A DNA stretch of 64,000 bases, taken from a virus. This document shows, in pieces, positions 21,257-29,236 of this stretch (its first letter is position 1; each line of letters starts with the position of its first letter). The notes beneath the pieces are model-generated. The model was given only the letters and a program-made list of their open reading frames with translations. It was not told the DNA's origin and did not search any database. The stretch is taken from the IMG/VR virus record IMGVR_UViG_3300027708_000026, positions 32,001 through 96,000 of that record, one strand, 5' to 3'. A program made the position numbers and the translations under genes.

Positions 21257-21450
21257 ATGATACCGCAACACAACTACAAGCACACTTCGACGAATTCTTA
21301 AAAGAAGACGCAAAGTTTACAGCAGGCAATGCTGCCGCAGGTACTCGCGCACGTAAGGCATTGGGTGAATTATCTAAAGCAGTCAAAACCCGTCGTAATG
21401 AAATCACTGCTGAGAAGAATGCTCGCAAGGAAGCTAAAGTAGCAAAATAA
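21253..21450 (+). CDS. Histone H1-like nucleoid protein, Hc1 family
   Basis: GNAAAGTRARKALGELSKAVKTRRNE matches the Hc1 pattern GNKAAxxRxRxxxxxLxKxxKxxR; AAGGA SD upstream. Confidence 0.75.
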   Translation: MNDTATQLQAHFDEFLKEDAKFTAGNAAAGTRARKALGELSKAVKTRRNEITAEKNARKEAKVAK

Positions 21451-21453
21451 TCG

Positions 21454-21882
21454 ATGACTTGGTACCACAAGGGTTCTATAGTTACAGAACTGCCTGAAGA
21501 TTGTGTGGGATTTGTTTATCTTATCTCATGCAATACTACAGGTAGACTCTATGTTGGTAAAAAATTAGCAAAATTTAGTCGAACGACCTACAAGACTGTG
21601 AAGTTGAAGAACGGCACAAAGAAGAAAAAGAAAATTAGAAGCAAAATAGATAGTGACTGGCAGGAATATTACGGGTCCAGTGCGGAACTTACCGCAGATA
21701 TAGAAACATTAGGCAAAGAAAATTTCACAAGAGAGATATTGCATTACTGTAAAAGTAAAGCAGAAACATCATACGTTGAGGCCCGAGAACAATTCGACCG
21801 CAAAGTATTAGAATCACAAGAATATTATAACGGACAGATCTCAGTTCGTGTCCATGGCTCCCATATTATAAACAAAATTTAG
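21454..21882 (+). CDS. Stand-alone GIY-YIG superfamily nuclease (catalytic domain only), 142 aa
   Basis: GFVYLI...LYVGKK (GIY-YIG), YYGSS, FTREIL, catalytic-type E in YVEAREQ and YYNG; contains a basic insertion KLKNGTKKKKKIRSK. Confidence 0.8.
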   Translation: MTWYHKGSIVTELPEDCVGFVYLISCNTTGRLYVGKKLAKFSRTTYKTVKLKNGTKKKKKIRSKIDSDWQEYYGSSAELTADIETLGKENFTREILHYCKSKAETSYVEAREQFDRKVLESQEYYNGQISVRVHGSHIINKI

Positions 21883-22320
21883 GCTCAGTTAATCGGTCAC
21901 AAGGCTCGCACCTGCTAATTTCGGGTGCCCGTATACCTGGATCTCGGATCACAGGGAGGGAAATCTCTTGCCGATAGGAGTACTCAACCACTATCCTTTA
22001 CAGGACGAGGATCGCAAATCTGCCGCGGTTTGGTTGTTTTAACAGTTTTAGGCAAAAGGAGGGGTAGTTGCCCCAAGTTTGCTAGCATGTTAGCGTATGT
22101 TAGTAAGCCGCCGTCATATAAAGACTGAGCTCGAGGTACCGGATGACCGCCTCTGTAACGCTCTAACGCTAAGTGACATGTGTTCGACTCGGATAATGTT
22201 TTTTACTTTGCCCGCTAGGGCAAAGTGTGACTGAACGATCTGGATAATATTAATTTCGTCTTCGACGAAGTAAGTGCTTCAAGCGACAGCGCCGAAGCAA
22301 ATGAGCTTTAGCTCATTTCA
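21883..22320 (+). ncRNA. Putative large structured non-coding RNA (~440 nt), family unknown
   Basis: Longest intergenic gap of the window, with >10 helices incl. G-U pairs, a GAAA tetraloop, long-range helices and a 7-bp pseudoknot (details in findings); strand inferred from G-U pairs, GNRA loop and context. Confidence 0.7.
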
Positions 22321-22328
22321 TATAAATA
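22321..22328 (+). promoter_or_regulatory. Perfect T4 late promoter TATAAATA
   Basis: Exact consensus, 26 nt upstream of ATG 22355 with AGGA SD. Confidence 0.8.
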
Positions 22329-22354
22329 AATTCATAACATATAGGATTAATGCA

Positions 22355-23536
22355 ATGCGCATCAATGACATTTTAACAGAAACACGATCTGATGAAGGTA
22401 TCGTTTCAGATATTGGAACTGGCGTAGGCAAAGCTGTCGGAGCAACTGCTAGAGGTGTTGGTGCCGTAGCTGGCGGAGTTCGAGGTGCATGGGATGCAGC
22501 TAAACAAGGATTCCAAGCAGGTAGAAATCTAGTAGGTGGCGGTGGAAGTTCTGCTGCATCAAATCCTGATATACAACGAGCCCATGATCTTAGAGTTCAA
22601 GCGGATCAACTAGATGGTGGAACTAGCGCACAACAAAATTATGCTGCGCCGGTAGCGAGTGGTGGATCGTCTAGAGTCGGACGTTCGGGATCAGGTGGTC
22701 AGTCTAGACCATATACAGGCGGCGGACAAAATACTACAGCTGGCAATGCTGCCCCCGCATCCAATACCGCTGCTCCTGCAACTAATGCAGCGGCCGCTCC
22801 CGCAGGTCCCGACGCAGCAATGCAAAAATTACAACAGGCACTTCAACACTTGAAAGGTACAGATGTTGAGCGAATCCGCACCATGTTGAAGAAACGTGCA
22901 GGCATCGCTGAAGGCATTGTGTCTAAAGTAGCTGGCGGCTTGGGCAAAATGGGACGCGGATATGTTGATGCTAAATCTGCATATCAGCAGGGGCGCGGCG
23001 GAGACATGACTCCTCAAGAAATTGATCTAGCCATTGCATCGATGCCCAAAGAGCAGGCAGCTGAGTTGCTGCAATTTTTTGATACATTACATCCAGCAGC
23101 CGCAGGTGGCCCTGCTGATTCGGCAGCACCAACAACTCCAGCGACATCTACTGCATCTACATCTACGCCGCCTGAGTCAACCCCTTCAGCACCTGAACCA
23201 ACTCCAGCGACATCTACTGCATCTACATCTACGCCGCCTGAGTCAACCCCTTCAGCACCTGAACCAACTCCAACACCACCAGGTAGCGCAGCAGGAACAA
23301 ACACAGGTAGTGGATTTCAAGCACCGGGTCGTGTTACACCAACTAATGCATCTTATAAATTAAACATGCCTAAAGCCCCGGCAACAACGCCTGCTGCTGC
23401 TTCGACTCCAGCATCAACTGTTCGACAAGTGGTTCCAAATCGACCTGCTCCAAAAATAAATGGATTACAAGTTCGCAACATGGCAGAAGGAAGGAAACTA
23501 CAAGTACACAGTAGTTTCTTAGGAATGGATCTTTAG
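22355..23536 (+). CDS. Low-complexity (G/A/P/T-rich) late protein, possible internal head protein; start reassigned from 22274 to 22355
   Basis: Late promoter and SD precede MRINDILTE at 22355; repeated EGIVS motif; Pro/Thr-rich tail. Confidence 0.7.
   Translation: MRINDILTETRSDEGIVSDIGTGVGKAVGATARGVGAVAGGVRGAWDAAKQGFQAGRNLVGGGGSSAASNPDIQRAHDLRVQADQLDGGTSAQQNYAAPVASGGSSRVGRSGSGGQSRPYTGGGQNTTAGNAAPASNTAAPATNAAAAPAGPDAAMQKLQQALQHLKGTDVERIRTMLKKRAGIAEGIVSKVAGGLGKMGRGYVDAKSAYQQGRGGDMTPQEIDLAIASMPKEQAAELLQFFDTLHPAAAGGPADSAAPTTPATSTASTSTPPESTPSAPEPTPATSTASTSTPPESTPSAPEPTPTPPGSAAGTNTGSGFQAPGRVTPTNASYKLNMPKAPATTPAAASTPASTVRQVVPNRPAPKINGLQVRNMAEGRKLQVHSSFLGMDL
23133..23272 (+). repeat. Perfect 66-bp in-frame tandem repeat (2 copies plus 8 nt)
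   Basis: caactccagcgacatctactgc...cctgaac at 23133 and 23199; encodes TPATSTASTSTPPESTPSAPEP twice. Confidence 0.95.
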
Positions 23537-23760
23537 AAGAACGGCATCTGACTAGACTTAGTCATCTCTAGATTTTCTTCGACAATTTTTGAAATTATCT
23601 CCCGGTCCTGAAGGTCCAGCATGTAGGCTTCAGTAAAGCTGAGACCACCTCTCATATACCACGCCATCTGGAAAATTTCTTTCTTTAAGGCTTTTGACTC
23701 ATTTTCCATCTTAGCTATCTCTGCTTCTATCTCAGAGATATCTAAGGTCAAAAGCCTCAT
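23533..23760 (-). CDS. gp51-like baseplate/tail assembly chaperone (possible -1 frameshift extension of upstream gene)
   Basis: WYMRGGLSFTEAYML...DREII motif; ATGA overlap with upstream gp26-like gene. Confidence 0.65.
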   Translation of the reverse strand: MRLLTLDISEIEAEIAKMENESKALKKEIFQMAWYMRGGLSFTEAYMLDLQDREIISKIVEENLEMTKSSQMPFF

Positions 23761-24623
23761 TCGAAAAAATCTGATTCGTTAAAAGTTATTGGAACTGAAT
23801 AAGTTGCTGGAGCACCTGCTGCTTGTTGTTCGTCAGTGGTGGTAAAATTCAATGGAGGTAATTGATTTTTGGATTTAATTTCTCCGAGATGATCATTGAT
23901 TTTATCAAATACTTCCTTGTCAACGTTTTGAATGAATTCGGTAATGAGAGATCTGTCAGTGACTTCTTCTTCACCTGCTATTATTTTAGTAATACTTTCA
24001 GCAGTCAAGTCTACTGTGACCTGTGTTAGCTTATTAAAGCTGACATTGAACATTTCCATCTTTTTGTCATCATCTATTTTGTCATCGTTGACCATTTTCA
24101 TGATACGATTGGTCTCAAATGCTTTTAAGCTGGTTTGATTCATGTGTTTAAAAGATAATGGTTTGACATAAACGATAAGATCTTCTCTTACCACAACTTG
24201 ATCGATCCATGTGCTCATACGCTGTTGATCCAGTAGTTGTCGTAAATCTATTTCGTATTCGACTTCTTCATTGATCACAGGAATTTTATGCTTGATGGCC
24301 ATTTTTTCACCGTATGTGGCCAATCTAAGAGCGATCAAGATAGTATCTAAATCTATCACGGGTACATCCCACGCATTTTTAATATTAGGAATGCAACTTT
24401 GAATAACATCTACCATGGCTTGTCCATTCATCAATGCATCAGGAGTCTTAAATGTCAGCTCGTCTCTAGCAGTCATAGAATATACAGGAAATTCCATGTT
24501 GTCAGTGACTGCTATGCTTTTTGCTGGCCAAAAATTACCATTGCTAGGCAACTTGATATAGATTTTTGGCTGTCTCATATATCCGGCCAATGGATTTTTT
24601 GGTTTGAACGTCTGTGTTTGCAT
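23757..24623 (-). CDS. gp26-like baseplate hub assembly protein / tail chaperone
   Basis: NPLAGYMRQPKIYIKLPSNG...MTARDEL...DLDTILIALRLATYGE and C-terminal DFF typical of gp26-like proteins. Confidence 0.75.
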   Translation of the reverse strand: MQTQTFKPKNPLAGYMRQPKIYIKLPSNGNFWPAKSIAVTDNMEFPVYSMTARDELTFKTPDALMNGQAMVDVIQSCIPNIKNAWDVPVIDLDTILIALRLATYGEKMAIKHKIPVINEEVEYEIDLRQLLDQQRMSTWIDQVVVREDLIVYVKPLSFKHMNQTSLKAFETNRIMKMVNDDKIDDDKKMEMFNVSFNKLTQVTVDLTAESITKIIAGEEEVTDRSLITEFIQNVDKEVFDKINDHLGEIKSKNQLPPLNFTTTDEQQAAGAPATYSVPITFNESDFFE

Positions 24624-24635
24624 ATTTTAACTCCG

Positions 24636-24672
24636 CTAAATAAACTTGATAGGACTATCGCTATCTATTTAT
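24636..24672. promoter_or_regulatory. Pair of face-to-face late promoters: CTAAATA (+, 24636-24642) and ATAAATA (-, 24666-24672)
   Basis: Each points to one of the divergent flanking genes (24700 + and 24623 -). Confidence 0.55.
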
Positions 24673-24699
24673 CTACCAACTTAATGACAGGTTTAAACT

Positions 24700-27063
24700 A
24701 TGAACGGCGCAACTGAACACACGTTAGCAGAACTCTTGAGGGTCGCCCAAGAGCAAAATGCCAATCTTGCAAACCTAAACCAACTGCTGTCTGGACGATC
24801 TTCTGGAGGCGGTGGCGGAGGGGGCGGCGTTGGAGCCGGTATAGCTGACATGGGGAAAAATGTCCCAATATTAAGTGCTGCATTTACTGTAGCAGGTGCT
24901 GCTGTCAGTGCAGTCGGAACTGTTTTTGAAATGCTGGGAAATGTAATAGGCAAGATGGTTGACGGTGTAGGATCAGCGATCAAAGGCTTATGGAACTTTA
25001 GCCAGAAAGCCATGGAAGGCACCGCAAGGATGAGTGACCTTTTTGATGCGTTTGGAAAACTGCCATTTTTCATAGGAGAACTATTTCAAATTGGCGCGAG
25101 TCTACTACGCACACTGGAAAAACTGGTGGATGAATATGTAGAAATGTCAAAAATTGGCGCAGGATTTTCAGGTGGGTTGCTGGAAATGCGTAACATGGCC
25201 AGTGATCTTGCATTGAGTTTCAGTGATCTTAAAAATATCACTTCAAGGAATAGTGAAACTTTTGCAGCAGCTGGCGTAAGTGTGCAACAGGGATTTTCAA
25301 AATTTACCAATGGTTTGAGACAACTGATGGCAACTGATGAACTATATCGATTGGGAGTCACTAGCAAGGAAGCCGCAGAATATCTAACAACCATGATGAA
25401 GGTACAGCAGGTTGGTCTACGAAATGGACAAATTGATTCCGCGTCTTTATCTAAAATGACTAGGGATTATATAATTCAATTAGACGAGTTATCTAGGGCT
25501 ACAGGTATTCATCGAGACCAGTTAAATGAAAGCATGAAGAAAAATGCAGACGATCAAGTTTTTCAAAATTGGTTGGATGATATCGTAGATCCTAATAAGA
25601 GAGCAGAGATAGAGGCAAGTGTTGCAGCATCGACTGCAAGACTAGGTAAAGACTTTACTGAAAATGTATTCAAGCCTATTCTAAGGGGAATTGATGGACC
25701 AATCAATGATGCTGCGATTAAGATTGCTCAGGCTTCAGGAGGACTGAGTGTAGAAATGGCCGGCGAACTTAGGAGAATAACTCTAGACGGCACCCTTAGT
25801 GCAGAAGAACGACAAAGACAGTTATTTTTAGTATTTGCAAAAATTGGATCGGGTGCAAAAAAATTCGCAGATAGTTTAGATGTGCTTTCAGCAGCTGATC
25901 CTACTATTGTTTGGCAAGAAGGTGTAAAGTTAGGTAGATTGGTAAAAGACGGGGCAACACAGCAATGGAAATATATTCAACAAGAACAAGAAAATTCCAA
26001 AGCTGCTGCTGAAGAGGCAGCGAGATTATTAAAAGCTCAAGAAACTATAACAAAATTTGGTAATGCTATGACATTAGTATTTGCCCAGATAGCTATAGAA
26101 TGGGGTCCAAAATTGCTTGATATTGGAGAATGGATATTAAACCACTTAATAGGCGGATTTGAAAAATTTTTAAAATGGCTAGACAGTCCCGAGGTAAAAC
26201 GTACTTGGAACACAGTGGTTGAGTTCTTTGACGGTGTTATATTGCCAAAATTAAAAGCAATTGGCGCATGGTTTGGCGAAACATGGGATCAACTTGTAAA
26301 AGCATGGAATGGGGACAAACCGGGGGAAGTTATAGAGGTTCTAAAAACACGATTGGCCGACGGTATGACAAACATATGGGAACATATACAAAAAATCTGG
26401 GAAGTAGTAAGTCCTGGATTGATCGCAATTTGGAACAAGGATATTAAACCTGTTCTAGTAGATCTTTGGACGAAGTTGATGGACAGTATGTTAACTGCTG
26501 TCGGTGACGCTATCAAAACATGGTTAATTGGACCAAAGATGACTACTCCCGAAGCACAGGCCAATATGGATAGAAGAGCAAAAGATGTAGTTGCCGATAC
26601 TCCAATTTGGCTGAAGCCGTTAATGGCATTAGGTGACCTAATGGAAAAAACAGCCAATTTGGTTGCCGGTCCCGAAATTGCCGGCAGAATGAGAAATACA
26701 ACTATTGAGGATAATGAGTCGATTCTAGATTTTTTCGGGTACCGAGGTCGTCATACAAGCGGAAAAGTGGGAGCCAAAGCCGGCGGCGGCCTAGTTGATC
26801 CCGGAACTTATCTAGTGGGCGAACGAGGACCGGAATTATTGAGTGTAGGTGCCAGCGGTAATGTCATTACCAATGAAAATCTACAAAAATTGTTGAATCG
26901 ACTGGCTGGGGACTCTGACAACAATTATATCGCATCAGCACTAGAAGAATTAAATAAGACTATGAGCCGCATAGAAAATCATTCAGCTTCAACTGCTGAT
27001 TACAGCAGGCGTACTGTTGGCGCTATCGCACAGATAGGTGGCGATATCATGCCAGCAATCTAA
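24700..27063 (+). CDS. Tail tape measure-like protein, 787 aa
   Basis: Long helical protein with periodic Trp segment and C-terminal GGGLVDPGTYLVGERGPELL motif common in tape measure proteins; next to chaperone pair. Confidence 0.7.
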   Translation: MNGATEHTLAELLRVAQEQNANLANLNQLLSGRSSGGGGGGGGVGAGIADMGKNVPILSAAFTVAGAAVSAVGTVFEMLGNVIGKMVDGVGSAIKGLWNFSQKAMEGTARMSDLFDAFGKLPFFIGELFQIGASLLRTLEKLVDEYVEMSKIGAGFSGGLLEMRNMASDLALSFSDLKNITSRNSETFAAAGVSVQQGFSKFTNGLRQLMATDELYRLGVTSKEAAEYLTTMMKVQQVGLRNGQIDSASLSKMTRDYIIQLDELSRATGIHRDQLNESMKKNADDQVFQNWLDDIVDPNKRAEIEASVAASTARLGKDFTENVFKPILRGIDGPINDAAIKIAQASGGLSVEMAGELRRITLDGTLSAEERQRQLFLVFAKIGSGAKKFADSLDVLSAADPTIVWQEGVKLGRLVKDGATQQWKYIQQEQENSKAAAEEAARLLKAQETITKFGNAMTLVFAQIAIEWGPKLLDIGEWILNHLIGGFEKFLKWLDSPEVKRTWNTVVEFFDGVILPKLKAIGAWFGETWDQLVKAWNGDKPGEVIEVLKTRLADGMTNIWEHIQKIWEVVSPGLIAIWNKDIKPVLVDLWTKLMDSMLTAVGDAIKTWLIGPKMTTPEAQANMDRRAKDVVADTPIWLKPLMALGDLMEKTANLVAGPEIAGRMRNTTIEDNESILDFFGYRGRHTSGKVGAKAGGGLVDPGTYLVGERGPELLSVGASGNVITNENLQKLLNRLAGDSDNNYIASALEELNKTMSRIENHSASTADYSRRTVGAIAQIGGDIMPAI

Positions 27064-27074
27064 AGGAATAACAA

Positions 27075-28814
27075 ATGGCCGGTTGGAAAAAATATTTTAC
27101 GCCAGTTAATACATCTGGTAAACTAAGTCCAGTAAGCGGCACCATGAGTTCCGACCAGGGTAGGAATCCCAGTCGAACAAACTATAGCAGTTATCTTCCG
27201 GATTTTTATGCTGGTCATCCCAATCGCTTAGAGCGATACGGGCAATATGACACCATGGACAGTGACAGCGAAGTTAATGCCGCCCTAGATATTCTAGCTG
27301 AGTTTTGCACACAGCCCAACGAAGAAAACGGCACACCATTCGAGATTTATTTCAAAGAGCAGGCCACTAATACCGAAGTAAAAATCATTAAAAAGTACTT
27401 ACAACAGTGGTGTAAGCTGAATAAATTCCCCGTGAGAATATTTAAAATCGTCCGTAATGCCATGAAGTATGGCGACAGTTTTTTTGTTCGAGATCCAGAA
27501 ACACAGAGTTGGATGTATGTAGATCCTGCCAAAGTAGATAAAATTATCGTCAATGAAAGCGAAGGTAAAAAGCCCGAGCAATACATGATTCGTGACTTCA
27601 ATCCTAATTTTGAAGCACTATCTACCACTGCTATCAACCCTAGTAACATACAGGGCGGCGGCAATCAGTTTGGTGGAAACTACGGATCTGGTCAAGGTGG
27701 GGGAGGCGGCGGCCGTGGCATGGCAGGATCATTTCCTAATGCTGCCTCGGGCAGCAGATTTGCACAAAATCAGAATCAATATGCTATAGATGCCAAACAT
27801 GTGATCCATATCAGCATGAGCGAAGGATTAGATAATAATTTTCCCTTTGGTAACAGTTTGATGGAAAGCATCTTTAAGGTATTCAAACAAAAAGAATTAT
27901 TAGAAGATGCTATCTTGATCTACCGTATACAGCGTGCTCCGGAACGTAGGGTATTTTACATCGATGTAGGTAACATGCCTAGTCACTTGGCCATGAGTTT
28001 TGTTGAGCGTGTAAAAAATGAAGTTAACCAACGTAGGATTCCCAGCGCCAGCGGTGGCGGCCAAAGTTTGATCGATGCTAGCTACAATCCTCTATCAGTT
28101 AACGAAGATTATTTCTTTCCTACCACTGCTGAAGGGCGGGGAAGTAAAGTAGAAATCCTGCAAGGCGGGCAAAATTTAGGAGAAATCGATGATCTTAAGT
28201 ATTTTACCAATAAGTTGTTTCGTGCTCTACGCATACCTAGTTCTTATCTACCTACCGGCTCTGACGACGGAGGAAGTAACTTCAATGATGGACGTGTTGG
28301 AACAGCATACATACAAGAGTTAAGGTTCAATAAGTACTGCGAACGTTTACAAAGTTTGATTAATGGGCCGTTTGATACAGAATTTAAACTATATCTACAT
28401 ACCAAAGGCATCAATGTAGACAGCAATATTTTTGATCTCAAATTTAATCCTCCACAGAATTTTGCCAGTTATCGTCAAGCAGAAATGGATACCGCAAGGG
28501 TTAACACTTACAACGTATTGGCAGCAATTCCCTACATCAGCAAGCGATTTGCCATGAAGAGATTCTTAGGATTGACCACTGAAGAGATTTCTGAAAATGA
28601 AAATATGTGGGAAGAAGAAAACGTCGATACCGATACAGCGTTGAGCGCCAGCGCCGAACTTCGTACCGCAGGTGTTACGGCAGGCGGTATGTCTGGAGAC
28701 ATGGGAGATCTAAGCAATCCGCAACCTGATCCATCTATGACTCCCGAAGGCGGCGCTGCTCCTCCAGTTCCGGGCGGAGACGCTGGAACAACTGCGCCCG
28801 CTTCCGCAGCATAA
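27075..28814 (+). CDS. Portal protein, T4 gp20-like
   Basis: LLEDAILIYRIQRAPERRVFYIDVGNMP, EDYFFP...GRGSKVEILQGGQNLGEIDDLKYF, ELRFNKYCERLQ. Confidence 0.97.
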   Translation: MAGWKKYFTPVNTSGKLSPVSGTMSSDQGRNPSRTNYSSYLPDFYAGHPNRLERYGQYDTMDSDSEVNAALDILAEFCTQPNEENGTPFEIYFKEQATNTEVKIIKKYLQQWCKLNKFPVRIFKIVRNAMKYGDSFFVRDPETQSWMYVDPAKVDKIIVNESEGKKPEQYMIRDFNPNFEALSTTAINPSNIQGGGNQFGGNYGSGQGGGGGGRGMAGSFPNAASGSRFAQNQNQYAIDAKHVIHISMSEGLDNNFPFGNSLMESIFKVFKQKELLEDAILIYRIQRAPERRVFYIDVGNMPSHLAMSFVERVKNEVNQRRIPSASGGGQSLIDASYNPLSVNEDYFFPTTAEGRGSKVEILQGGQNLGEIDDLKYFTNKLFRALRIPSSYLPTGSDDGGSNFNDGRVGTAYIQELRFNKYCERLQSLINGPFDTEFKLYLHTKGINVDSNIFDLKFNPPQNFASYRQAEMDTARVNTYNVLAAIPYISKRFAMKRFLGLTTEEISENENMWEEENVDTDTALSASAELRTAGVTAGGMSGDMGDLSNPQPDPSMTPEGGAAPPVPGGDAGTTAPASAA

Positions 28815-28819
28815 AACTG

Positions 28820-28826
28820 ATAAATA
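28820..28826 (+). promoter_or_regulatory. Late promoter ATAAATA, 5 nt before ATG (leaderless)
   Basis: taaataatcgtatg, identical 14-mer at 62417-62430. Confidence 0.65.
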
Positions 28827-28831
28827 ATCGT

Positions 28832-29077
28832 ATGCTACTAAACGAGTTCACTTATTTTGATAAAAATCACAAAGATCCACAGGAAGATGGTAGATATCTG
28901 AGTCAGCACGATACTAGTGTGCTGCGTGATAAGGATTTGAGAAAGACTCGTTTAACTCTTGAAATGCTCAACGATCTTAGAAAAGCGGGCGAAGCAAGAG
29001 AAAAAGAAAAGAAAGAAGAGTTGGGACTGACTAGAAAGATGTATGCCCAACCACCACCGGAAGCTGCGGCAGCATAA
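28832..29077 (+). CDS. Small head-module protein (position of T4 gp67/gp68)
   Basis: Own late promoter; between portal and prohead core gene; RKTRLTLEMLNDLRK. Confidence 0.7.
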   Translation: MLLNEFTYFDKNHKDPQEDGRYLSQHDTSVLRDKDLRKTRLTLEMLNDLRKAGEAREKEKKEELGLTRKMYAQPPPEAAAA

Positions 29078-29236
29078 ACTATTAACACATAGTTTAATTC
29101 TTTTTGATAGAAACTAAATAATTTTATCAAAAAAAGCCAAAACGGCTCGTTTTCGGCCTATATCGCGCACCAATCTCCTTACGACTTTAAATATAGGATA
29201 GCCTTGCCGCTAACCAACATTAGGAGAACCAATAAC

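Noticed and set aside
21925-22128. 67-aa ORF inside the structured region
   Set aside because: GTG start without SD, no recognisable motif; the dense base pairing is better explained as RNA structure
22127-22142. gagctcgaggtaccgg resembles a SacI/XhoI/KpnI polylinker (vector contamination)
   Set aside because: These bases pair with natural neighbours (gctc 21883/22160, gcctc 22149-53) and no other vector sequence is present
21883-22320. Group I/II intron, tmRNA, tRNA or RNase P identity for the structured region
   Set aside because: Flanking genes look intact (no split host gene); no recognisable P7/R-S or domain V; GTTCGACTC lacks a paired T-stem and acceptor/CCA end; no GAGGAAAGUCC RNase P motif. 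A covariance search is still needed
22274-22354. N-terminal 27 codons of the 420-aa ORF
   Set aside because: They span hairpins and the TATAAATA promoter; SD and ATG at 22355 give a better start
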